Notes: a model not told the origin generated them from the letters alone. DNA of 64,000 bases from an uncultured Chloroflexia bacterium (GCA_963707215.1 CAVPPB010000003.1:1536001-1600000); one strand, 5' to 3'. Shown: positions 11,793 to 22,350, counted from the first letter of the stretch. Numbers and translations: made by a program.

Positions 11793-12320
11793 TCAGGCCT
11801 CGGGTCGACCTTCGAGGTCGAGCTCGTGGGATCGCTCGACCCGGAGGTAGCGGCGCCGGTAGTACAGGAGCGGCATCGGGTGGTGCTCCTCGCTGGCCAT
11901 CGCCTCGACACGGCCGATGAAGAGGTCGTGGTCGCCGGCCGGGATGACGTCGACGGTGGAGCACTCGAGGCTGGCGATGGCGCCATCCAGGAGCGGCATG
12001 GCGTGCGGGCCTGGGCGCCAGGCGGCCCCGCAGAAGGCCTCCCGGTCCGGCTCGACCGGGGCGCCGGCGAAGCAGTCCGCAAGCGCCTGTTGGTCCTCGG
12101 CGAGGACGTTGACGGCGAAGCGGCCGGCCGCCCGGACGAGCGGCGTGATGCGGCGCCGGCGATCGAGGGCCACCATGACGAGGGGCGGCTCCAGCGAGAC
12201 CGAGCTGAGGGCGTTGACGGTGATGCCGTGCGGCTGCTCGGCGTCGAGCGTCGTCACCACGGTCACTCCCGTGACGAAGTGGCCCATCACCCTGCGGAAC
12301 GTCTCGCTCGTCGGCCCCAT
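11793..12320 (-). CDS. flavin reductase family protein
   Basis: FRRVMGHFVTGVTVVT, SVSLEPPLV, FAVNVL, AGDHDLFIGRV. Confidence 0.92.
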   Translation of the reverse strand: MGPTSETFRRVMGHFVTGVTVVTTLDAEQPHGITVNALSSVSLEPPLVMVALDRRRRITPLVRAAGRFAVNVLAEDQQALADCFAGAPVEPDREAFCGAAWRPGPHAMPLLDGAIASLECSTVDVIPAGDHDLFIGRVEAMASEEHHPMPLLYYRRRYLRVERSHELDLEGRPEA

Positions 12321-12513
12321 CCGGGGCAGTCTACGGGCAGTCCGCCCGGTACCGGCGGAGGCACCCGCTCGGGGGGCCGGTGCCCGCTCGCCCCCGGGTG
12401 CCGTCGGTCCACCCGGTCGACGGGCTCCTTGGGCCCACCACGGGCCGACCGGCCCGCCGCCGCCCGGCGGGACGGCCCGATCGGGATCGACCGATGCGTA
12501 GGATGATCGGACC

Positions 12514-13926
12514 ATGAGCGATCCGACCACCCCGGCGACCCGCGTCGAGCGCGACTCCATGGGCGAGATGGAGGTCCCGTCCGACGCCCTCTACGGGGCT
12601 TCCACCCAGCGTGCGGTCCTGAACTTCCCCGTCTCCGGCCAGCGGATGCCGCGCCGTTTCATCGAAGCCCTGGCCCTGGTCAAGCGGGCAGCCGCCGAGA
12701 CCAACGCCGAGCTCGGCCTGCTCGACGCCGCCAAGGCGACCGCCATCGCCCGGGCGGCCCAGGCGGTGGCCGACGGCGGCTACGACGAGCACTTCCCGAT
12801 CGACGTCTATCAGACCGGCTCGGGCACCTCGACGAACATGAACGCCAACGAGGTCATCGCCCACCTCGCGGCGGCCGAGCTCGGCGAGGGGGCCCGGGTC
12901 CATCCCAATGACGACGTCAACATCTGCCAGTCCTCGAACGACGTCATCCCGACCGCCCTCCAGCTCTCCGCCGCCATGGCGATCGAGGCCGACCTGCTGC
13001 CGGCCCTCGAGCGACTCCACACCGCCCTGGTCGCCCGCGAGCAGGAGTTCTGGGGGATCGTCAAGACCGGCCGGACCCACCTCCAGGACGCGACGCCGAT
13101 CCGGTTGGGCCAGGAGTTCCGCGGCTATGCCGGGCAGGTCGAGGAGGCCATCCGACGGGCACGGGCGGCCCAGGCCGAGCTGCTGTCCGTGCCCCTGGGC
13201 GGGACCGCGGTCGGGACCGGCATCAACGCCCATCCGGAGTACGCGCTGCGCACGTGCGCCCGGCTCTCGGGGCTGACGGGGCTCGAGGTCCGCGAGACCG
13301 CGAACCACTTCCATGCCCAGGCGACCGTCGACGCCGCCATCGCCGCCCACGGGGCCCTGCGGTCGATCGCCCTGTCGCTGTGGAAGATCGCCTCGGATAT
13401 CCGGCTCATGGGCATGGGGCCGCGGGCGGGCCTGGCCGAGCTGGCGCTGCCGGCGACCCAGCCCGGCTCGAGCATCATGCCGGGCAAGGTGAACCCGGTC
13501 ATCGTCGAGAGCCTGACGATGGTCGTGGCCCGGGTCGTCGGGAACGATGCGACGGTGGGCTTCGCCCAGACCGGGAGCTTCCTCGAGTTGAACGTGATGC
13601 TCCCCGTTACGGCCGCCGCGATGCTCGAATCGGTCGGCCTGCTGGGACGGGCGACCGGGAACTTCGCAGCCCGCTGCATCGAGGGCCTGGGGGCGACCGA
13701 GCGCGGTCCCCAGCTCGTCGAGCAGGGCCTCATGCTGGCGACGGCGCTCGCTCCGGTCATCGGCTACGACGAGGCCGCCAGGCTGGCCAAGGAGGCCTTC
13801 GCCAGCGGACGGACCATCCGCGAGCTGGCCCTCGAGCGGGGGATCGAGCCCGAGCGGCTCGACGAGCTGCTCGATCCGGCGGCGATGACCGAGCCCGGAC
13901 TCGGCGGGGCGCCGGGCGGCGGCTGA
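12514..13926 (+). CDS. fumC: class II fumarate hydratase
   Basis: RVERDSMG, YQTGSGTSTNMNANEV, HPNDDVN..QSSND, GRTHLQDATP, GSSIMPGKVNP. Confidence 0.93.
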   Translation: MSDPTTPATRVERDSMGEMEVPSDALYGASTQRAVLNFPVSGQRMPRRFIEALALVKRAAAETNAELGLLDAAKATAIARAAQAVADGGYDEHFPIDVYQTGSGTSTNMNANEVIAHLAAAELGEGARVHPNDDVNICQSSNDVIPTALQLSAAMAIEADLLPALERLHTALVAREQEFWGIVKTGRTHLQDATPIRLGQEFRGYAGQVEEAIRRARAAQAELLSVPLGGTAVGTGINAHPEYALRTCARLSGLTGLEVRETANHFHAQATVDAAIAAHGALRSIALSLWKIASDIRLMGMGPRAGLAELALPATQPGSSIMPGKVNPVIVESLTMVVARVVGNDATVGFAQTGSFLELNVMLPVTAAAMLESVGLLGRATGNFAARCIEGLGATERGPQLVEQGLMLATALAPVIGYDEAARLAKEAFASGRTIRELALERGIEPERLDELLDPAAMTEPGLGGAPGGG

Positions 13927-14056
13927 TCTTCGGATCCGGACGGGCGGAGTGCGGCCTGGACCTGCCCGCGGACCGGCGCGACCAGCTCGATCAGGCCGGA
14001 CGCGGGCTCCCCGCAGGGGACGCGAGCGTCCCCGAGGCTGGTACGATCGCCGCGCC

Positions 14057-14845
14057 ATGACGTCCACACGACTTTGGGACCGGGCCGGCACGCTGGTCGT
14101 CCGCCGTGACGACGAGGCTGGCCTGCCCGAGATCGCCGCCCTCCCCGGCGACCGCCCGCCGAGCGTCGGCGAGCTCTTCGACTTCATGCGCGACGCCGAG
14201 CTCCGCTTCGGGGCCCTGCGGTTGCGCATCGAGGACCGGACCCGGGGCACGACCGGCGAGCGGCTCGAGGTGATCGACACCCTGCTCCGCCATCCAGGCG
14301 ACGCGAGGGTCACGACCGCCGACCCCAGCCTGGGGACCTCAGCCAACTACGAGGTCTGGATCTCCGACGGCGAGACCGTCCGGACCTACGCCGCTCGCCA
14401 TCGCCTGGGGACCCGACGCCCCGTCCGTCACCGCGTCGCGGACCTCGACAGCGGCGACCTCCCGGGGATGTCGCGGGTCTATGAGCCGCGCACGGCCCTG
14501 CCGATGGAGACGCTCCCCGACACCTTCGTCCACCCGGCCGGCTTCTGTCAGAACGTGCTGGCGACGGGGCATTGCGAGGTGGTCGGGACGGACGTCGTGG
14601 CCGGCCGCGAGGCGATCGTGCTCGTGGCCGACCATCCGCGAGCGGTCGAGCGCATCGGCGACCGCCCGGACTTCCAGGTGGAGATCGCCGTCGACCGCGA
14701 CACCGGCCTCGTGACCCGGCTCATCGAGCGAATTGGCCAGCGCGAGACCCGGCGAGCCGAGGTGACCTCGCTCCAGCCCGATCCGCCGATCCCGCCGTCG
14801 GCCTTCGAGTTCGAGTTCCCGACCGACACCACGTTCATCTACTAG
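14057..14845 (+). CDS. hypothetical protein, possible LolA/RseB-like fold
   Basis: WISDGETVRTY, VAGREA, VDRDTGLV, IPPSAFEFEFP resemble LolA-like proteins; no signal peptide. Confidence 0.6.
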   Translation: MTSTRLWDRAGTLVVRRDDEAGLPEIAALPGDRPPSVGELFDFMRDAELRFGALRLRIEDRTRGTTGERLEVIDTLLRHPGDARVTTADPSLGTSANYEVWISDGETVRTYAARHRLGTRRPVRHRVADLDSGDLPGMSRVYEPRTALPMETLPDTFVHPAGFCQNVLATGHCEVVGTDVVAGREAIVLVADHPRAVERIGDRPDFQVEIAVDRDTGLVTRLIERIGQRETRRAEVTSLQPDPPIPPSAFEFEFPTDTTFIY

Positions 14846-14947
14846 CGCCTCCCGGCTGCGCCTGCGCAAGGGTCCTCCGCGTGCCGGGGCCGGGCGGACT
14901 CGCGAGTCGCCCACCGGACATCCGGCGGATGCGGCCGGACGGCAGGG

Positions 14948-15640
14948 TCATCCCCCGTCGGCACCGCCCAGGGCGGCGAGCCGTACCGCCAGGTCGTCAT
15001 GGCCCTCGGCGGCCGCCAATGCGGCCGCGGTGGCGCCCTCTTCGGTCGGCAGGTCGAGTCGTGCCCCAGCCTGGAGAAGCAGGTCGACGGTCAGCTCGTC
15101 GCCGCTCTGGGCGGCGGCGTGGATGGGCCGGAACCCCCCGGTCTGAGCGGCGTTGACGTCGGCGGCGGCGTCGACGAGCAGGCGGGCGACGGCGAAGGAA
15201 CCGCCGGCGACCGCGCTGTGGAGCGGGTGGACGCCCTGTCCGTTGCGCGACGGGACGTCCGGGTCGGCGCCGTAGGCGAGGAGCAGGTCGGCGACCGCTT
15301 CCGAGCCGAAGAAGGCCGCCAGGTGGAGCGGCGTGTAGCCGTCGATGGACCAGGCCCGGGCCCGCGAGGGGTCCTCGTCCAGGAGCCCGGCCACTCGTCC
15401 GGCCCGACCAGTGGCCGATGCCTCGAAGACATCGAGGGTCGCCTCACCACGAGCCTCCAGCAGGCGGTCCACGATGTCGGATCGGCGGAACGACCAGTAG
15501 CGGGCGACCATCAGCACCGACAGACCATCGCGATCGCGGATCGTCGCGAGGTCCGGGTCGGCGGAGAGCAGACGCGCCACGGTATCGCCCTCGCCGGACT
15601 TCACCGCCACCAGGAACTCGTCCGTACGGTCCACGTGCAC
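14948..15640 (-). CDS. ankyrin repeat protein
   Basis: DGYTPLHLAAFFG, HPLHSAVAGG, GFRPIHAAAQSG, GATAAALAAAEGH; start uncertain (15640 GTG or 15676). Confidence 0.9.
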   Translation of the reverse strand: MHVDRTDEFLVAVKSGEGDTVARLLSADPDLATIRDRDGLSVLMVARYWSFRRSDIVDRLLEARGEATLDVFEASATGRAGRVAGLLDEDPSRARAWSIDGYTPLHLAAFFGSEAVADLLLAYGADPDVPSRNGQGVHPLHSAVAGGSFAVARLLVDAAADVNAAQTGGFRPIHAAAQSGDELTVDLLLQAGARLDLPTEEGATAAALAAAEGHDDLAVRLAALGGADGG

Positions 15641-15837
15641 CTCGCTGGATGGGGCCGGCATCGTCGGGCCCGCCACGATGCGGAAAGGATAGTCCCGGCG
15701 CCCCGGCGAGCGGCGGCGGCTGATCGCCCATCCGGTGGGCCGTCGTCGCCGGCGACGTGCCGGGCTGGACGGACTCTGCGAACCTTGTCGTTGACGACGG
15801 GGTCACCGTCGACCGATGCAGGGCAGGAGGTCGGGGC

Positions 15838-16833
15838 GTGCGCGAGCTGGAGATGGAGCCGGCGGATGGCGTGCCGCCGGAGCGGATCGCCATCGGGATC
15901 GACATCGGAGGGAGCGGCATCAAGGCCTCGGCCGTCGACGTCGGGACCGGCTCGCTGGTCGGTGTGCGGCTCCGCGTCGCGACGCCCGACCCTTCGACGC
16001 CGGAGGCCTGCATCGCGTCGATCGGCCGGCTGGTCAAGCGGATCGTCAAGGCGACGCCGGCCGCCTCTCTGGGCCCGATCGGTATCGGCGTCCCCACGGT
16101 CGTCGTCGATGGGGTCACCCGAACAGCCGCCAACATCGACCCGGGCTGGACCGACTTCCCGGCCGATGCCGCGTTCGAGGCCGCCCTGAAGCGGCCGGTC
16201 CACGTCGTCAACGACGCCGACGCCGCCGGTGTGGCCGAGATGCGCTTCGGTGCCGGCGCGGGGCACGGCGGCAGCGTCCTGGTCCTGACCCTCGGCACGG
16301 GGACCGGATCGGCCCTCTTCATCGACGGCCGGCTCGTTCCGAACACCGAGCTCGGGCACATGGAGATCCGCGGGAAGCACGCGGAGTGGCGCTCGGCGGC
16401 GAACGCCCGGATCCGACGCGGCCTCTCGTGGAAGGCCTGGGCCGCCGACCTCGACGAGCATCTCCTCGCCATCGATCGCATCCTGACGCCGTCGCTCATC
16501 ATCCTGGGTGGCGGGGTCAGCAAGCGGGCCGACCGCTTCCTCGAGCGCCTGACGGTGCCCGTGCCGGTCATCCCGGCCGCCCTGCGCAACGACGCCGGGA
16601 TGGTCGGTGCGGCGATGCTCGCCCTCGAGGCGACCCCGAGGAGGGACGACGGGGGCACCGACGCCGAGATCGAGGTCGAAGCCGCGGAGGCCGCGGTCGA
16701 AGCCGCGGAGGCCGAGGACCCAGCGGACGTCGAGCCGGGCGAGGTCATCACGGACGCCGGGCCGGGGCTCGAGCCAGCGGCACCCGACCAGGAACCGGAC
16801 GGGCCGGACGAGCCGATCGCCCCCGTGTCCTGA
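15838..16833 (+). CDS. ppgK: polyphosphate glucokinase (ROK family) with acidic C-terminal tail
   Basis: [69 protein letters not shown]. Confidence 0.88.
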   Translation: MRELEMEPADGVPPERIAIGIDIGGSGIKASAVDVGTGSLVGVRLRVATPDPSTPEACIASIGRLVKRIVKATPAASLGPIGIGVPTVVVDGVTRTAANIDPGWTDFPADAAFEAALKRPVHVVNDADAAGVAEMRFGAGAGHGGSVLVLTLGTGTGSALFIDGRLVPNTELGHMEIRGKHAEWRSAANARIRRGLSWKAWAADLDEHLLAIDRILTPSLIILGGGVSKRADRFLERLTVPVPVIPAALRNDAGMVGAAMLALEATPRRDDGGTDAEIEVEAAEAAVEAAEAEDPADVEPGEVITDAGPGLEPAAPDQEPDGPDEPIAPVS

Positions 16834-16888
16834 CGCGCCTGACTGTCGTGTCCGGGGCGCAGCGACGGTCTGCCATGATTGACGGACC

Positions 16889-18649
16889 GTGCCGCCGTTC
16901 GACCTGACCCTCGACGTCCACGGGCCGCTCGGGTTCATCCTCGACCTGGGGGCCGCGGTCGTGGCCGCCCTCATCGGCGGGGCGATCGCCGTCCGGCTGC
17001 GCCAGCCGGCCGTGGTGGGCTACATCCTGGCCGGCGTCGCGATCGGTCCGTTCACGCCGGGCTTCGCGGGCGACGTCGAGGAGATCGCCGTCCTCGCCGA
17101 GGTCGGGATCGTCCTGCTCCTCTTCGCGCTCGGCGTCCAGTTCTCGATCCGGGAGCTGGCCCGCGTCCGTCGCGTCGCCGTCCCCGGTGCCATCGCCCAG
17201 ATCCTGGGGACCGCTGCGATCGGAGCCGTGGCGGCGTTCGGGCTGGGCGTGGAGCCACGGGCCGCGCTGGTTCTCGGCGCCTGCCTGTCGATCTCGTCGA
17301 CGATCGTCGTCCTCAAGCTGCTGATCGAACGGGGCGAGCTCGACAGTCTCCACGGCCGGACGGCGATCGGCTGGATGATCGTCCAGGACATCGCGACGAT
17401 CGTCTTCATCGTCTCCCTGCCGCCCCTGGCCGGCGCCGACCCCGTCGCTCCCCTGCTGGGTGCGCTCGCGAGCGCGGCGATCTTCCTGGCCCTCGCCTAC
17501 ATCCTCGGCACCCGCCTGCTGCCGTGGGTCTTCACCGCCGTCGCTCGGCTCCGGTCACAGGAGCTCTTCCTGCTGGCAGTGGTCGGGACGGCCCTGGCCA
17601 CGGCCTTCCTGTCCAGCGCCGTGTTCGGCCTGTCCCTGGCGCTCGGGGCATTCGTCGCCGGCCTGCTGGTGTCGGAGTCGGAGGTCTCCTACCAGGCGGC
17701 CGCCGAGGTCATCCCGTTCCGTGACCTGTTCGCCGTCCTCTTCTTCGTCTCGGTCGGCATGCTCGTCGATCCGGCTGCCCTCGCCGCCCAGGCGCCGACC
17801 GTGGTCCTGCTCGTCGTCATCGCAGTGGTCGTGAAGGGTGCGATGTCGGCCGGTCTCGCCCGTGCCCTCGGCCTGCCGACGAGATCCGCGCTGCTCCTGG
17901 GCGGCCTGGTAGCCAACGTCGGCGAGTTCAGCTTCATCCTGGCCCAGAACGCGCTCGACGAGGGACTCTTCGACACGGCGTCGTACAACCTCGTCCTGGG
18001 CACCGCCGTCGTGACGATCGTCCTGAGCCCGTTCGTGGTCCGCGGATCCGGACTGATCGTGCGGCGTTGGGAGGCCCGGGTCGCCTCCCGAGCGGTCGCC
18101 GCACCTGACCCCCCGGTGCCCGGCGTCGCCCCGGAGTCCCGCGGCGAGCGCGAGGGGCATCACGATCCGGCGACCGGGCGCGCGCCGGTCGTCGTCCTGG
18201 GGGCGGGGCGCGTCGGTCGGGTGGTCGTCCGGGCGGTGCGGAACCGCGGTCTGCGGTGCATCGTGATCGATCGCGACCAACGGCGGCTCGAGGAGGTCTC
18301 CAGGCTGGGAGCCGCGACCCTCTACGGCGACGCGGCCAGCCCGGAGATCCTGGCCCGGGCCGAGCTTGATCGGGCCAGGGTCCTCGTCGTCGCCGTCGGC
18401 GACCCGCTGACGACGCGACTCGCCGTCGAGCGTGCCCGTGCGATCAACCCGAACCTGCAGATCTCGGCTCGGGCGCGTGGGCGACGCGAGATCGACCAGC
18501 TGGGCGCTGTCGGCGTGCGGCGGGTCGCCGACCCCGAGGCCGAGGTGGCCTTCGAGCTGACCCGCCAGGCCCTCCAGCGGATGGGCGTCTCCGGCCCCGA
18601 GCTGTCGGGCATCCTGGTCGGGCTGCGCCGGGACGTCTACGGACAGTAG
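16889..18649 (+). CDS. CPA2 cation:proton antiporter with TrkA-N domain (YbaL/RosB-like)
   Basis: GYILAG..IGPFTPG, SISSTIVV, IVQDI, ALGAFVAG, PFRDLF..FFVSVGM, GEFSF, VVLGAGRVG, YGDA. Confidence 0.92.
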   Translation: MPPFDLTLDVHGPLGFILDLGAAVVAALIGGAIAVRLRQPAVVGYILAGVAIGPFTPGFAGDVEEIAVLAEVGIVLLLFALGVQFSIRELARVRRVAVPGAIAQILGTAAIGAVAAFGLGVEPRAALVLGACLSISSTIVVLKLLIERGELDSLHGRTAIGWMIVQDIATIVFIVSLPPLAGADPVAPLLGALASAAIFLALAYILGTRLLPWVFTAVARLRSQELFLLAVVGTALATAFLSSAVFGLSLALGAFVAGLLVSESEVSYQAAAEVIPFRDLFAVLFFVSVGMLVDPAALAAQAPTVVLLVVIAVVVKGAMSAGLARALGLPTRSALLLGGLVANVGEFSFILAQNALDEGLFDTASYNLVLGTAVVTIVLSPFVVRGSGLIVRRWEARVASRAVAAPDPPVPGVAPESRGEREGHHDPATGRAPVVVLGAGRVGRVVVRAVRNRGLRCIVIDRDQRRLEEVSRLGAATLYGDAASPEILARAELDRARVLVVAVGDPLTTRLAVERARAINPNLQISARARGRREIDQLGAVGVRRVADPEAEVAFELTRQALQRMGVSGPELSGILVGLRRDVYGQ

Positions 18650-18674
18650 ACGACGCCGCGCTCGTGGCTGACGC

Positions 18675-21296
18675 CTAGGGGAGCGGCGTAGGAACACCCT
18701 CGGCGCTGGGTCCCGGCGAGGATGACGGCGACGGGGCGGCGCTCGGGGCCGGGCTCGAGGGTGACGGTTCTGACGACGGGCTCGGGGACGGCGATGGGCT
18801 GGGGACCGCCGACTGGGAGGGCGAGGGCGGCGGACTCGGGCGAGGCGGGGGACCGGCCGAGACGACCAGGGTGACGGTGGTCCCGGTCGATACCCGGGCC
18901 CCGGCGGCCGGGCTCGTCGACACCACGGATCCACTCGGAACGACCAGATCCTCGACGCGGGTCGTGCCGCCGACACGCAGGCCAGCCGACGTCAGCGCGA
19001 CCACGGCCTCGGCCTCGGACAGGCCAGCGACGTCGGGGATCTCCACGATCTCCCGGCCGGTCGAGACCGCGGGCAGGATCGTGGCCCCGGCCGCGACCAC
19101 CGCCCCCGCAGCCGGCGTCTGGGCGACGACGGTGCCCTCGGGTCGCGCGGTGGTCGAGATGAACGTCGGCTCGCCGAGGACGAGGCCCCGAGCCTCGGCA
19201 GACTGCCGGGCCCGCTCGAGCGGCAGGCCGACGAGGTTCGGGACCACCACCTCCCCGGCAGGCGGTCGAGGACCGGCGTCGCCGGAGCCGACGAGCAGGG
19301 CCACGGCGAGGACCCCGACCACGGCGACGCCTCCCACGACGACGAGCCCGGCCGTCCAGCGACGGGGTGGCTCGGGCGGCTCCATCGGTGGACCGGCTCC
19401 CTGGCCCTCCGGCGACCCATCGGCTTCGACGACCTCCGGTCGAGAGTCGGCCGCGACCAGGGTCTCGCCCCCCTCCGGCCCGAGATCCGACGATCCCCCA
19501 TCCGCTCCGGCCGAGGACGGAGTCACGACAGCGTGGACCCCGACGCCGGCCGCCGCGACGGCAGCCATGATCGTCCGCCGGACCTCGGGCCCCTGACCGA
19601 TCAGCCGACCCAGCCCATACTGACGGAGCAGGTCGCGCAAGGTCCCGGTCGGCCGGGCGATGAGCAACCGGACCTCGCGCCGGTCGAGCTCGTCAGCGAG
19701 CTGCTCGAGGGCACCCGCGGCCGTCAGGTCGAGGTCGACGATCCCGGCCGCGTCTAGGACGACCGTCCGGACGTCCGGCCGCTCGGCGAGGATCCCGCGG
19801 ATGCGATCGCGCAATGCCGTCGCGGTCGCGAAGAAGAGCGGACCGGAGAACCGCACGACGGCGATCCCGGCGATCCTCCGTGCCCGGGTCGTCCGCTCGA
19901 TGTCAGCGAACTCGTCGGAGCCGGGCAGCCGGCCGAGCTCGGCGATCCGGGGCCGCGCCGATCGCCGGAACACGTTGACTGCGGCGAGCGCGACTGCCAC
20001 GACCACGCCGGCGAGGGTCCCGTAGAGGATCACGCCGAGGGCCGCGGTGAGGGCGATGATCCCCTCTGCCCGCTGGAGGCGCCAGATCCGGATGATCCCG
20101 GCTGGTGAGAGCAGCTTCAGCACGGCCGCCACGATGACCGCCCCGAGAGCGGGGATCGGCAGGGACGTGAGGAACGGAGCCAGGAGCAGCAGCACCGCGA
20201 CGAGGCCGCCGGCCGCGACGATGCCGGTCAGCTGGCTGTTGGAGCCGGCCGCCAGGGCCGCCGAGGTGCGGGATGGGCTCGAGCCGATCGGGTAGCCGCT
20301 CGTCAGACTTGCCCCGAGGTCCGCGGCCGACAGGGCGACCAGCTCGCGGTTCGCGTCGATCTCCTCGCCAGGTCGGGCGAAGTTCCGTCCCGTCGCCGCC
20401 GTGTCGGCGAAGCTGAGGATGGCGATGCCGAGGGCGGCCGGCAGCAGGGCGATCGCCTCCTCGACGGAGACCAGTGGGAGGCTGATGGGCGGCAGACCCG
20501 ACGGCACCGGACCCAGGACCTGGACCCCGCGCGCTGGCAGGTCCAGGGCCACGCTGGCGACCAGGGCCACGATGAGCGCCGGAAGGGCGATCGGCACCCC
20601 GGGTAGCAGCCGATCGCCGGCGACGACCGCAGTAAGGACCAGCGCGGCCACGATCACCGACGGCCAGCTGATCGAGATGTCGGCGACCGCCAGGACCAGG
20701 CTCTGGAAGACCACGCCGGGACCGATCGATGTGACGTCGGTCCCGCTGAGGACGGCCAGGATCTCGGCCAGCGGGTCCGCCCCGAGCATCTTCGGGATCT
20801 GGCCGAGCGCGACGCTGACCCCGACGCCCGTCATGTAGCCGACCAGGATGGGCCGGGAGAGGAACTCGGCGAGGAATCCCAGCGAGGCGAGCCGCATGGC
20901 GACGAAGATCAGGGCCACGAGGAGCGCCAGCGCGGCGGCGATCTGCATCCGTTCGTCGGCAGCCACGGCGAGCGGGGTGATGGCAGCGCCGACCAGGGCT
21001 GCGGTGGCGGCATCCGGGCCGACGATCAGGCGGCGTGACGAACCGAAGATCGCGTAGGCGAAGAGCGGGATGAGCGAGGCGTAGAGGCCAGCCTCGGGGG
21101 GCAGGCCGGCGACCTGGGCGTAGCCGATGCTGAGCGGGACGATGAGCGCAGCGACGGTGGCCCCGGCGACGAGATCGCCACGCAGCGACTCGCGTCGGTA
21201 GCCCCGGAGCGTCCACGCGAGCGGAGGCCCGCCGATCGTCAGCTGAGCCACGACCCGGTCGGTGGCGGCGCGGACCCGCTGCAGGGCGCTGGTCAT
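18675..21296 (-). CDS. SulP family anion transporter with STAS domain, fused to an extra TM helix, two PASTA domains and a Pro/Ser tail
   Basis: GDLVAGATVAALIVPLSIGYA..GLY, FLSRPILVGYMTG, DANRELVAL, STAS (RFSGPLFFA, VVLDAAGIVDLD), TM (LVVVGGVAVVGVLAVALLV), PASTA x2 (VVVPNLVGLP; VEIPDVAGLSEAEA..VTLVVSAG). Confidence 0.88.
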   Translation of the reverse strand: MTSALQRVRAATDRVVAQLTIGGPPLAWTLRGYRRESLRGDLVAGATVAALIVPLSIGYAQVAGLPPEAGLYASLIPLFAYAIFGSSRRLIVGPDAATAALVGAAITPLAVAADERMQIAAALALLVALIFVAMRLASLGFLAEFLSRPILVGYMTGVGVSVALGQIPKMLGADPLAEILAVLSGTDVTSIGPGVVFQSLVLAVADISISWPSVIVAALVLTAVVAGDRLLPGVPIALPALIVALVASVALDLPARGVQVLGPVPSGLPPISLPLVSVEEAIALLPAALGIAILSFADTAATGRNFARPGEEIDANRELVALSAADLGASLTSGYPIGSSPSRTSAALAAGSNSQLTGIVAAGGLVAVLLLLAPFLTSLPIPALGAVIVAAVLKLLSPAGIIRIWRLQRAEGIIALTAALGVILYGTLAGVVVAVALAAVNVFRRSARPRIAELGRLPGSDEFADIERTTRARRIAGIAVVRFSGPLFFATATALRDRIRGILAERPDVRTVVLDAAGIVDLDLTAAGALEQLADELDRREVRLLIARPTGTLRDLLRQYGLGRLIGQGPEVRRTIMAAVAAAGVGVHAVVTPSSAGADGGSSDLGPEGGETLVAADSRPEVVEADGSPEGQGAGPPMEPPEPPRRWTAGLVVVGGVAVVGVLAVALLVGSGDAGPRPPAGEVVVPNLVGLPLERARQSAEARGLVLGEPTFISTTARPEGTVVAQTPAAGAVVAAGATILPAVSTGREIVEIPDVAGLSEAEAVVALTSAGLRVGGTTRVEDLVVPSGSVVSTSPAAGARVSTGTTVTLVVSAGPPPRPSPPPSPSQSAVPSPSPSPSPSSEPSPSSPAPSAAPSPSSSPGPSAEGVPTPLP

Positions 21297-21615
21297 CGGG
21301 CGCGGGCCGCTGCGCTGCCTCTGGGCACTCGGCGACTCCCTCGACGTCTGCGGACCCAAGCTCCACGTGGGCCGGTCCCGGGTCCACCGGCGGCACGGAT
21401 GGTCCCGCGATTGTAGGGGTCGCCATGCCGGTCGGGCGGATCAGGCCGGATCGGACGATCATCGGACCCGACGGCACAGTTGGGCGGAGCGTCCCCGGCG
21501 GGCCGCTCCGCCCGGGAGAAGTGCATGGCGGTCGTGGACCCGCGGAGGTCCTCGTCCAAGGAGGAGGAGCGGGTGAGGGATCGTCGAGGGCCGAATCGGC
21601 GGCGGGGCGGCCCGA

Positions 21616-22350
21616 CTAGACCCTTGGGTGCAGCTCCGGGTGGCGTCGATGGACCCAGTCCCGGATGGCCCACGTCGTCGTCTTGAAGGCGATGCCATCC
21701 CACGGGATCGCCTCCGGTCGGAACGGCCGGACCTCGAGTGCCTCGGGCGTCGTCGTTGCCACCCCGCCGACGATCCGGGCCTCGAAGGCGAGGACGACGA
21801 TCGCCGCCTCCAGGCGCGAGTAGAGGCCCACGATCTCACCCGGCTCGACGACCAGGCCGGTCTCCTCGAGGGTCTCGCGGATGGCCGCCTCGGTCACCGT
21901 CTCGTCCACCTCCAGGAACCCGCCCGGCTGCGCCCATGAGCCGAGGCCGGGCTCGATCCCCCGCCGGATGAGGACCAGCTCGCCGGTCTCGGTGACCGGC
22001 AGGGTCGTCACGACCAGGCGCGGGTTGACGTAGGCGACGAGGCCGCACGACGCACAGGCCAGCCGGTCGCGGTCCTCTCCCTCCACGGGACCGAGCGTCA
22101 GGGTCGTCCCACACCGGGTGCAGTGGTTCATCGTCGCCTCGATCCAGCGCGGCGCGCCAAGGCCGGAGGCGACGTCGGTGGAGCGGGCGTCGGGGCCCCG
22201 GCCGATGGTCTCGACGAGCCGGCGGGCCTCCGCCTGGCGCTCTTCCTCGTCGAGTTCGGCGGCCAGCTCCGGATCGATGGGACGGCCGTCGCGATCGCGC
22301 GGACCGAAGGGGTCGCGGCGGCGGTCGCCGGCGCCGGATCGCTCGCTCAT
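21616..22350 (-). CDS. NUDIX hydrolase with N-terminal zinc ribbon
   Basis: CTRCG..CASCG..YVNP; Nudix box PGGFLEVDETVTEAAIRETLEETG. Confidence 0.9.
   Translation of the reverse strand: MSERSGAGDRRRDPFGPRDRDGRPIDPELAAELDEEERQAEARRLVETIGRGPDARSTDVASGLGAPRWIEATMNHCTRCGTTLTLGPVEGEDRDRLACASCGLVAYVNPRLVVTTLPVTETGELVLIRRGIEPGLGSWAQPGGFLEVDETVTEAAIRETLEETGLVVEPGEIVGLYSRLEAAIVVLAFEARIVGGVATTTPEALEVRPFRPEAIPWDGIAFKTTTWAIRDWVHRRHPELHPRV

Noticed and set aside
12331-14346. 671-aa ORF opposite fumC (and similar ORFs such as 18..2054, 5205..7346, 23181..25046, 42639..44579)
   Set aside because: These are shadow frames of clearly recognisable genes.
18680-18850. Pro/Ser low-complexity repeats (also at 95-200)
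   Set aside because: These are ordinary flexible linkers or tails within coding sequence.
21482-21513. GGGCGGAGCG/CGCTCCGCCC hairpin upstream of sulP
   Set aside because: No recognisable riboswitch core; GC hairpins are common here. It may be a terminator.
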